Positions 44,301 through 52,368 of a stretch of DNA of 64,000 bases are shown piece after piece. The stretch's first letter is position 1. Every line of letters starts with the position of its first letter. Both the position numbers and the translations under genes were made by a program. A model generated the notes under the pieces. It was given only the letters and a program-made list of their open reading frames with translations, searched no databases and was not told where the DNA came from. Source of the stretch: Candidatus Angelobacter sp. (GTDB lineage: Bacteria; Acidobacteriota; Terriglobia; Terriglobales; Acidobacteriaceae); NCBI GenBank assembly GCA_035710845.1, contig DASTCT010000086.1:3067-67066 (forward strand). Direction: 5' to 3'.

Positions 44301-46748
44301 TTATCCTGCCACCGCGTCACGGACGCCGTTGGATTTACGCGGTTCCGGCAGCGAATTGAAGCCTTTCAGTATCCGGTGATGTTCCTGCTTCTGTATGTAC
44401 ATGCGGCGATCTGCTTCTGCCAGCAGCTTTTCCGCATCTACCCCATCATCCGGATAAATGGCACATCCAACGCTCAGGCTAAGCCATTCCACGCCGCAAA
44501 TCTCACGTCCAGCGTTGCCGGCCAATTCGCTCAGGCAGATTCCGCGCGCTTCTGCCGCAGCGGAGCTTAGACCGGGCGCAACAATCACAAATTCATCGCC
44601 ACCCATGCGGGCGGTGTAATCGTACTCACGGCAGGATCCCTGCAAGGTCTCGGCAAAATGGCGCAAAATCCGGTTACCTTCAAGGTGGCCAAAGCGATCA
44701 TTGATCTTCTTGAAACCATCAAGGTCACATACCATCACTGTTAATGAACTTTGCAGGCGTTTGCAGCGAGCCAATTCACGGTCCAAATGCAGGAACAACG
44801 AGCGTGCATTCGGAAGCTCTGTGAGGTAATCGGTTGTAGCCGAGCTTTCGGCTTCCTGGAAGGCCAGCGCGTTCTCCACTGAAAGCGCGACTTTTGAACT
44901 AATGGCCAGCAGAATACGCAGATGGTCAGCCGTATATGCGTCCTGATCGCTGTGGTAGAGCGTTAGCACGCCAACCACGCCTTGCAAACCTTCCAATGGA
45001 ACAGAGATGGCAGACCGCAACGCGCTGAAGCGATTAGGATCGGGCTCGTAACCATGCTCCAGTGCCGGGTTCCCATTCAGCATGGGCTTGCGATTCTGGG
45101 CTACCCATCCGGACAAGCCTTCGCCCACCGGGATACGCAGAGCCGCAAACAGACGGAAGTTATCGCCACTCACAAACTCCGGCAGTAATTCGGGGCCCCG
45201 CACAATGTAAGTTGCAATCGCGTCATACGGAACCAGCCGTTTTAAGCGTCCGCTGAGCACAGAGAGCGTGTCACTTAAGCTTAAAGAATTGCCCAGGTCC
45301 TGCGTTAACTCAAAAAGGGTCTGCGCTTCCTGGCGGGCTGCGGCAATCGACGAAAGGAACGCCGCCTGATTATTGGGCTCGACGCTCTTGGCCGCTTCAA
45401 ATCCGCTGGCGGGCGCTTTGCCGGGCGCAACTTTCAGATCGGTAGAAAGCCTATGGCGATCCGGCACCAGCGACTGCATGTGCACAATTTCTTCCAGCTC
45501 CCTATAGTTTGTCTGCAGCATCGCGACCACTTTGGGGTCATAAGCCTTGCCGGCCTGATCAGCCACCCACTGCATGGCATCATCCAGCGGCAGCGCCTTG
45601 CGATATTGGCGATCTGTGGCTAAGGCATCAAGGCAATCGACGGCAGAAAGGATCCTGGCGCCAATGGGGATTTCTTCGCCCTTCAGCCCGGCTGGGTATC
45701 CCGCACCATCCCACCGCTCGTGGTGGCAGCGGACGATCGGCACCACTGGATAGGGAAAATGCACCCGCTCCAGGATTTCTGCACCCACAATGGGGTGGAT
45801 CTTCATTTTCTCGAACTCTTCCGGCGTCAACCGTCCGGGCTTGGAGAGAATATGCTCCGGCACAGCCAGCTTACCAATGTCATGGAGCAGGGCTGCGGCG
45901 CGCAGAGCTTCAATTTCATCCGGAGAAAGATTAAGCTTCTTCGCCAATTCCACAGCGTAAACGCGTACGCGCTCAAGGTGATCGTGCGTGGTCTGGTCCT
46001 TGGCTTCAATGGCCAGAGCAAGCGCCTCAATCGTGCGCATGTGCAAAGCCGCCATCTCTGCCACATGGTTCTTCTCATTCGCCAGCTTGCCCAGATAAAG
46101 CCGGTAAGACCGGTAGATGATGAACATTGCAGGCAGTGCCAGTAATGTCGGTTGCCATCCCACTTTCTGGTTGACCCACCCAAACATCGCGGCAATCGCG
46201 CCACCGGCCAGATAATAAGGCAGCGACCAGAAATAGCAATCCGTCCATATCTTTCGCAGGTTCTTATTTTCAGTGAGCGAAATAATGGTAGCCACCGGCA
46301 GCGTATTAAAGAGAAAATAAACAGCGGCTGAAAGCATCAGCAACAACGCGCTGTTCGAATGCAAATAGGCGTTCAGCGGCCCATGATATGTGAAGTAAGC
46401 TGCCCAAATGGCAACCGCCGCGCTGGAGATGTTAAAGAATACCTGTTCCGGTCGCGGCAAGCGGCGCCCTGTAAGCAGGCACTGCACCAGGATAGCGGAA
46501 CAGCCCAGCACCAACGTCCCGCTGAACGTCAACTCGGCAATTCCAATGAGAATAAATAAGAAGTTGACTGAAATTGTCCCGGTAATCTCCGGCAGATCAA
46601 CTTTCAGTCGCGAGGCCAGCAGGGCAGTAAGCACATAAGCAGCAAACTTGGACGCATTGTCGATCCTCCACACCAGTCCGCCATAGACGGCGGTCACAAG
46701 ACCGGCCATGCAGACGATGAAAAGGAATATACGGGCCTGCTTCGACAT
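44301..46748 (-). CDS. Multidomain c-di-GMP protein: 7TM module, HD-GYP phosphodiesterase, GAF, GGDEF cyclase with I-site
   Basis: HD..LHDIGK..HHERWDGAGYP (HD-GYP). GAF-like GEGLSGWVAQNRKP. DLDGFKKINDRFGH and RMGGDEFVIV. REYD lies 5 residues before GGDEF (RxxD I-site). ATG at 46748 preceded by GGAGG. Stop abuts the permease start. Confidence 0.9.
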   Translation of the reverse strand: MSKQARIFLFIVCMAGLVTAVYGGLVWRIDNASKFAAYVLTALLASRLKVDLPEITGTISVNFLFILIGIAELTFSGTLVLGCSAILVQCLLTGRRLPRPEQVFFNISSAAVAIWAAYFTYHGPLNAYLHSNSALLLMLSAAVYFLFNTLPVATIISLTENKNLRKIWTDCYFWSLPYYLAGGAIAAMFGWVNQKVGWQPTLLALPAMFIIYRSYRLYLGKLANEKNHVAEMAALHMRTIEALALAIEAKDQTTHDHLERVRVYAVELAKKLNLSPDEIEALRAAALLHDIGKLAVPEHILSKPGRLTPEEFEKMKIHPIVGAEILERVHFPYPVVPIVRCHHERWDGAGYPAGLKGEEIPIGARILSAVDCLDALATDRQYRKALPLDDAMQWVADQAGKAYDPKVVAMLQTNYRELEEIVHMQSLVPDRHRLSTDLKVAPGKAPASGFEAAKSVEPNNQAAFLSSIAAARQEAQTLFELTQDLGNSLSLSDTLSVLSGRLKRLVPYDAIATYIVRGPELLPEFVSGDNFRLFAALRIPVGEGLSGWVAQNRKPMLNGNPALEHGYEPDPNRFSALRSAISVPLEGLQGVVGVLTLYHSDQDAYTADHLRILLAISSKVALSVENALAFQEAESSATTDYLTELPNARSLFLHLDRELARCKRLQSSLTVMVCDLDGFKKINDRFGHLEGNRILRHFAETLQGSCREYDYTARMGGDEFVIVAPGLSSAAAEARGICLSELAGNAGREICGVEWLSLSVGCAIYPDDGVDAEKLLAEADRRMYIQKQEHHRILKGFNSLPEPRKSNGVRDAVAG

Positions 46749-46779
46749 ACGCTGGTAAATGCCTCCGCCAGACTTACAT

Positions 46780-46795
46780 GGCAACTACCTGGCCA
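46780..46795 (-). promoter_or_regulatory. Candidate sigma-54 (-24/-12) promoter for the HD-GYP/GGDEF-ABC operon
   Basis: Minus strand reads TGGCCAGGTAGTTGCC, with GG and GC at consensus spacing. Lies 32-47 nt upstream of the ATG at 46748. Confidence 0.45.
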
Positions 46796-46831
46796 AACAG
46801 GTTCGAAAGTTTGGTTTTGCAACTGCCATTG

Positions 46832-46844
46832 AATCAATAATTTC
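46832..46844 (+). promoter_or_regulatory. IHF-like site (near match)
   Basis: AATCAATAATTTC. Shares the AATCAATAA core with the 39966-39978 site. Confidence 0.3.
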
Positions 46845-46897
46845 CATCTGCGGTCGGCGAGAGCTTGGGTAATACCACCTATCTGGCTGCGACACAT

Positions 46898-46938
46898 TTG
46901 TCACAGGGTGCCTTTATGGCTCATGTCAAATTGTCACA
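46898..46938. promoter_or_regulatory. Two TTGTCACA repeats 33 bp apart (candidate enhancer/UAS)
   Basis: tttgtcacaggg at 46897 and attgtcacaagg at 46930. The TGTNACA core is palindromic and matches the 40.0-40.1 kb cluster. Confidence 0.4.
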
Positions 46939-47062
46939 AGGATCCGACGAAGGAAGGCTGGCAATCATTAGTATTCAAAAAGCCCAAGCCTGATGGCGAC
47001 GTGATCCTTAACAAGGAAACGTTGCTTTGAAAAACTGAAGTATTGAGAACTTTAGTAATCCA

Positions 47063-48460
47063 ATGCGGGTGCTTACCGATTGCCCGGACATGCCCATTTG
47101 CTCCATCATGGCCAGTAACGGGTTGTACTTTAGGGTGCTTAAGGAGAAAGTTTTTTTGTCGACGCTCGTTCACAACTCATGTGACCTTAGCGGTCAGGTT
47201 GTCCGCAGTGATGCCCTGAAGCGGGTCATGAAGCTGGTTGAGCAAGTGGCGTGTCATCCTGCAGCAGTGCTGATTGTAGGTGAAACCGGCACTGGCAAGG
47301 AGATGATTGCACGCTCCATCCACGCCCGTTCCCTGCGCTGCAACAAGCCCTGGGTTGACGTAAATTGCGCCGCGATTCCTGAACATTTGGTGGAAAGCGA
47401 GCTTTTTGGTTATGAAAAAGGCGCGTTCAGCGGAGCAGATACCCAGAAGGCCGGCTATTTTGAAATGGCTGATGGCGGCACGTTGTTCCTGGACGAAATT
47501 GGTGATCTTGACCCACGTGTGCAAGTAAAACTGCTGCGTGTGCTCGATGGCGCTCCTTATTTTCGCCTGGGTGGAAGCAAAAAAGTTGAAGTGGACGTCC
47601 GCGTAGTGGCAGCCACAAACCAAAATCTGGAAGAGTTGGTTCGCTCCGGGCGGTTCCGCAATGATCTTTATCACCGGCTGGCGGAATTCAAGCTTGAAAT
47701 CCCGCCGCTGCGAGAAAGACCGGAAGATTTGCTGGCCATCGCCGAGCAAATCCTGCATCAGCATTATCCTGACTCGCGCTATTCCCAGGACGCAGTGACT
47801 GCATTGCTTACTTATGAATGGCCAGGCAACGTGCGCGAGTTACGCAATGCCATATTTCGCGCCGTGATGTTGGCAAAGAACGCGTCTGTTGAGATTACCG
47901 CGGCTGATTTGAAATTGACCCAGGTGATCCAGCCGACTAATGGCAAAGCTCCTCTCAGCCAAGACCTGGACCAGTTGGAGCGACAGATTGTATTTGACAC
48001 CTTGGAACGCTGCGGGGGCAACCAGGGCAAGGCAGCGCAAGCGCTGGGCATTTCCCGGCGAACACTCCTGCGCAAACTCAAGACCTATCGCGAAGCCGGG
48101 CCGGATGCTGGTGGTGAGTGGTGCGTAGAGCGCTACTATCGCAAACAAATCAACACGCCCATCCGCCTGAAAATGGCTGACGAATGGATGGACGCTACGC
48201 TGCTGAATATCAGCCTCGGTGGAGCAGCGATCTCCATCCACAAGCTCCTTGGCCAAGGCTCGCTGGTAACAATCAGCCTCAGCATTCCTGAAAGCGATGC
48301 CAAAGCGGAGATCACCGGACGCATTGCCTGGGCGAACAAAGAAGGCCATCACGGAATCCAGTTTGGCGATCTTTCTTCTGAAGTCAGCGCTCAATTGCAA
48401 CGCTGGTTTAAGGCAGAGATGAAAAAAGACGGTTGGGACGAAGAGCTGGAAGCGGAATAA
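47063..48460 (+). CDS. Sigma-54-dependent enhancer-binding protein lacking an N-terminal sensor domain, with a C-terminal PilZ-like domain
   Basis: AAA+ Walker A GETGTGKE, GAFSGA loop (GAFTGA variant), Walker B LFLDEIGD, Fis-type HTH AAQALGISRRTLLRKLK. Then about 100 aa with ERYYRKQ...(22 aa)...NISLGG (PilZ DxSxxG-type motif). Likely true start is the TTG at 47156 (AAGGAG 9 nt upstream). Confidence 0.85.
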   Translation: MRVLTDCPDMPICSIMASNGLYFRVLKEKVFLSTLVHNSCDLSGQVVRSDALKRVMKLVEQVACHPAAVLIVGETGTGKEMIARSIHARSLRCNKPWVDVNCAAIPEHLVESELFGYEKGAFSGADTQKAGYFEMADGGTLFLDEIGDLDPRVQVKLLRVLDGAPYFRLGGSKKVEVDVRVVAATNQNLEELVRSGRFRNDLYHRLAEFKLEIPPLRERPEDLLAIAEQILHQHYPDSRYSQDAVTALLTYEWPGNVRELRNAIFRAVMLAKNASVEITAADLKLTQVIQPTNGKAPLSQDLDQLERQIVFDTLERCGGNQGKAAQALGISRRTLLRKLKTYREAGPDAGGEWCVERYYRKQINTPIRLKMADEWMDATLLNISLGGAAISIHKLLGQGSLVTISLSIPESDAKAEITGRIAWANKEGHHGIQFGDLSSEVSAQLQRWFKAEMKKDGWDEELEAE

Positions 48461-48539
48461 GCTTGCGCTCACCACTGAGGATCGATTCCACTCTTAAGTG
48501 TTTCGTTTTGCTACGTGCTGCAAGTCCGGCAAGCCAAGT

Positions 48540-49307
48540 CTAGCTAAGCTTAGAAAAATCCGGCTTCCGTCGCTCCAGAAATGCTCCCATAGCTTCTTTC
48601 GCTTCCGGGCCTTGCAGTAACGCAGCGAATTGTTTCGTCTCGCGGGCCATAGCATCAGCGATCGATGACGCCGTCGCATGCTTGAGCAGCATTTTAGTGG
48701 TGCGCAACGCTGATGGCGGCTTCTCAGCCAGTTGTCGCGCCTTGGCCAGAGCAGTGTCCAGCACAGTATTTTCTGCCAGCACTTCATTCACAATGCCGAG
48801 CGCGCGAGCTTTTTCAGCATTGAACGGTTCCCCCAGATACAAGAGTTCCGCCGCCCTCCTCTGTCCCATCAAGGCTGGCAGAATTACGCTGGAACCTGCT
48901 TCCGGGCACAGCCCCAGATTGACAAACGGAAGTTGGAAGCGTGCCGTGGAATCCGCATATACCAGATCACAATGCAACAGCATTGTCGTGCCGATACCCA
49001 CCGCAAAGCCGCTCACCGCTGCTACTATTGGCTTTTTTGCCGCTGCCAGCGTCTGCAGGTAGAGGATTGCCGGACTCGTCTCACCAGGCCGCGCATTGGC
49101 AAAATCCACCAGATCATTTCCTGCAGTAAAGCAGTCTTGGGTGCCCGTGATCAAAATCACGCGAACACCGGAATCAGCGTCAGCCTGCTGCAACGCTTGA
49201 TTCATGCCCAGATACATCTCCCGCGTTAACGCATTCTTTTTTTCTGGGCGCTGCATGTGAATGGCGAGAATGCGGTCCTGAATGGTTATGGAGATATGTT
49301 CAGACAT
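48540..49307 (-). CDS. Enoyl-CoA hydratase/isomerase family protein
   Basis: Crotonase fold motifs FTAGNDL, AVSGFAVGIGTTMLLHCD and PEAGSS. Confidence 0.9.
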   Translation of the reverse strand: MSEHISITIQDRILAIHMQRPEKKNALTREMYLGMNQALQQADADSGVRVILITGTQDCFTAGNDLVDFANARPGETSPAILYLQTLAAAKKPIVAAVSGFAVGIGTTMLLHCDLVYADSTARFQLPFVNLGLCPEAGSSVILPALMGQRRAAELLYLGEPFNAEKARALGIVNEVLAENTVLDTALAKARQLAEKPPSALRTTKMLLKHATASSIADAMARETKQFAALLQGPEAKEAMGAFLERRKPDFSKLS

Positions 49308-49486
49308 GAAAGCTCCTTTTGGAAGCTGCTTTTGAATTTGGGATTATAAACGCATTACGCGCGATCATGGCGATGCGCAATCATAGCGAGGTTATTTCCT
49401 TGCTGCTTCGCGCTATCGGGCGTTCATCGTGGAAAAACCCTGCTGCTGTCCTTTGGCAATCTCGGGATTTTACGGTAACGATTGAC

Positions 49487-51052
49487 CTAGACTCCTGTCC
49501 CCTTAAACACCGCGGGAATCGTGCGCAAAAGGATTTTAAAATCCAGGCCTAGACTCCAATTTTCTATGTACTCCAGGTCGAGAGCAATATAGTTGTCGAA
49601 CGAGGGATCTTGGCGGCAGGTGATCTGCCACAGACCGGTAATGCCAGGGACAACATCCAAACGCCTGAGATGGTCAAGGCGATATTGCTTGAACTCGCTG
49701 GGCAAAGGTGGCCGTGGTCCCACCAGGCTCATATCGCCCTTAAGTACGTTGATTAGCTGAGGTACTTCGTCCAGGCTGAACTTGCGCAGCACCCGGCCAA
49801 CTCGCGTAATCCGCGGATCGTTGGCGACTTTAAAGAGTACAGAGTTGCGCTCGTTGCTCTCTTCCAGATTCGTTTTAAGTCCGTCAGCCCCCTTGACCAT
49901 GGTTCTAAACTTATAGAAGGTGAAGAGCCTGCCCTTCTTTCCTACCCGGTGTGAGCGATAAAACACCGGCCCTCTTGACTCCAGTTTGAGCAGTATTGCG
50001 ATAAGAAGGAATACAGGCGACAAGACCAGCAGCAATAGCCCGGCCATTATCACGTCGCAGATTCGCTTTAGCATCCAACCAGTGGCCGGAATCGGCTCGC
50101 GATGCAGCACGCGTACAGGCAAGTGCGCCAGGTATTCAACGGGAGCATTCACAGCAAAGCCGTCATACAGTTCCGGTACCACCTTTACATCCAAACGCAG
50201 CCCGCGAGCCTGCAATGCTACTTTCTTCACCAGTTCGCGCTGGGATGGAATCGTAACCACCACTTCATCGATAAAGTATTGCCGGGCAATTTCAGGGAGA
50301 TCGGCAAACGATCCCAACACCTGAGAATCGTCCTTGCGATGGTCATCCAGAAAACCAATCACGCGATATCCCGGATTCTGCTTAAGGTGTTGCGCCAGTT
50401 CCATTCCTACAGCTCCTGCACCAACAATGAGCACATTCGTCATCTGCTCATCCCGTACGCGAGCGCGTCTTACATAGATGCGGCGCAGCACGTGCCGTCC
50501 GGCAAACGCCACAATCGTTACTCCGGCAGTGAAGAAAAGCGTGGAACGTGTGTTTTTACCTGTATCTGCAATGTAAAAAAACGCTGCCATAGCCATGGCT
50601 GCCGTTAAAGCAGCCTTCATTGCGGCCAATGCAGTATCAATAATTGGAAGCTGGCTCTGGTACAAGCGGTAATGATTCGCGCGCGCCAGAACCAGGCACG
50701 CATAGATAGCCACTACCGCCCATTGATGAAAGAACATTTCGTGGATATTGATCCACGCGGCGATAGTGGGCACTCCGCTATGGCTGCGGAATATATATGC
50801 ACCACCGATAACGATGATCAGGAGGAAATCCAGTACCGCCGCAAGACCAGAAGATTGTGCTCTTCTGCTTTGGGCCACAAGCGCCAAGCGTGCTTTCTCT
50901 GCCTTGCGACGTGCAGGTAAAGCTCTTGCCAAGGCCCCATCTGCCGGCCGCAATGGCGCGGTTCTTTCTGTAGCTTCTTCCTTACTGCTAACTTTCAAGA
51001 CTGCCCCCTGCCATAGGACTTGGCCGTGGGAACCCCTCTTGCCGAAATTCAC
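49487..51052 (-). CDS. Exopolysaccharide priming polyprenyl-phosphate sugar phosphotransferase (WbaP/EpsB-like)
   Basis: N-terminal TM helices, Rossmann-like VLIVGAGAVG, C-terminal bacterial sugar transferase motifs (FKFRTM, DEVPQLINVLKGDMSLVGPRP). GTG start uncertain. Confidence 0.85.
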   Translation of the reverse strand: MNFGKRGSHGQVLWQGAVLKVSSKEEATERTAPLRPADGALARALPARRKAEKARLALVAQSRRAQSSGLAAVLDFLLIIVIGGAYIFRSHSGVPTIAAWINIHEMFFHQWAVVAIYACLVLARANHYRLYQSQLPIIDTALAAMKAALTAAMAMAAFFYIADTGKNTRSTLFFTAGVTIVAFAGRHVLRRIYVRRARVRDEQMTNVLIVGAGAVGMELAQHLKQNPGYRVIGFLDDHRKDDSQVLGSFADLPEIARQYFIDEVVVTIPSQRELVKKVALQARGLRLDVKVVPELYDGFAVNAPVEYLAHLPVRVLHREPIPATGWMLKRICDVIMAGLLLLVLSPVFLLIAILLKLESRGPVFYRSHRVGKKGRLFTFYKFRTMVKGADGLKTNLEESNERNSVLFKVANDPRITRVGRVLRKFSLDEVPQLINVLKGDMSLVGPRPPLPSEFKQYRLDHLRRLDVVPGITGLWQITCRQDPSFDNYIALDLEYIENWSLGLDFKILLRTIPAVFKGTGV

Positions 51053-51142
51053 ACTTCTTCAGTCCCTACTACTATATAGTGACGCCCCCGCGCCGGGCGT
51101 TTCTTTTCACTCTTCTTTTTCTTACAAATCTGCTAAGGCTGG

Positions 51143-52368
51143 CTACTCAAGCACGTTGCCCTGTTTTGTAACTCCTGTCGCTTTCTCAGTTACAAGGATG
51201 TTGTTCTGTGCGCTATGCCGCACTGTGTTCCTGATGATATGGATTGCGTTTCCCGTATGCACCTTGATGCCGTCGCCGCCGATGGTAAACACTGTATTGT
51301 CTTCCAGCGTAACCTCAGAAAGCGGGCCGCCTTGATCCTTGGCCGGGCTCCAGACAAGTAACCCTACCTGTTCATGCTCCCCCAGATCACCGATAACGGT
51401 ATTGCCGGTCACATGCACGTCTTGCGACGAGCGCGCAGAAATGCCGGTCGCCCCGGAACTTCCGCCAGGTGCGCTGCTCAGCGTCACCTTGTTTCCTTCA
51501 ACCTTAACTTTCTGAGCCCCATCGCCCACTTCAATTGAAGTATCTTTTACCGCGTTGATTGTGTTGCCGGTAATAGTGATGTCGTGTGTATGTTCACCAC
51601 TCGGCGAAGCCCCAAGAACAAAGATTCCATTCGCCTTGGCCACTTTACTGACCTCATTGCCCTGTATCGTAATAAAGCTGACATGCGCAGCCGGAGGCGT
51701 ATTTCCGGCAAGGATGCCCGAGCCATTTCTCACGTCTTCAATATGGTTATTCGCCACCTTGCCGCGAGTGCATCCATCATCCAGAAAAATGCCATGAACC
51801 ACGCTATTGAGAACGGCTACGCGCTCAATCGTAAAATTCGAAACATTCTTCAGATGGATCGTACTTACCTGTCCCGACTCGTTGGCATTATTGCCATCCA
51901 GCGTAAGATCGTGAATTGAAATCCAATTGTTCCCGTTATCTTTGGCATTAACAATGAGATTACTGTTCGCCCCCGGCGCCAACCGCAACACTGTGTTGCT
52001 GCCCTGGCCTGCTAACTCTACTCTGTTTGGAAGGCCCCACGTCTTTGCGACTTCTATCGTCACGTGACCGAGCAACACCCGGACCATTCCATTAGAGCCA
52101 GCAAATGGGTCTGCCTTGACAACCTGATTTCCCGAAATCGAAGTCGCATCACACGTGCCTCCATCGGGAGCAAGCTGCCGGATGCAGGATACAAGCTTTC
52201 GCCGAAGTCTGAGCCAGGCTGGGTCGCTACATTGATTTGCTTTCCTTGCGAGGGACTTGAAGCCTGTTCCACCAAAAGATCTCTGGCAAAGAACCATTGA
52301 CCGCTGGCGCAGAAAACGCCAGCGATCAACAGAGATAACCAGAAACCTTTTTGCAACTTCTTAGTCAT
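51143..52368 (-). CDS. Right-handed parallel beta-helix repeat protein (pectate-lyase fold); apparent 1-nt frameshift near 52198
   Basis: Repeated ..N..I..N.. beta-helix rungs in the 51143-52297 frame. The signal peptide MTKKLQKGFWLSLLIAGVFCASG is in a different frame (52368 downward), which overlaps the upstream gene stop. Confidence 0.65.

Noticed and set aside
47177-48475. Minus-strand ORFs 47177-47764 and 47840-48475.
   Set aside because: They are antisense shadows of the sigma-54 activator gene, whose AAA+, HTH and PilZ motifs define the true frame.
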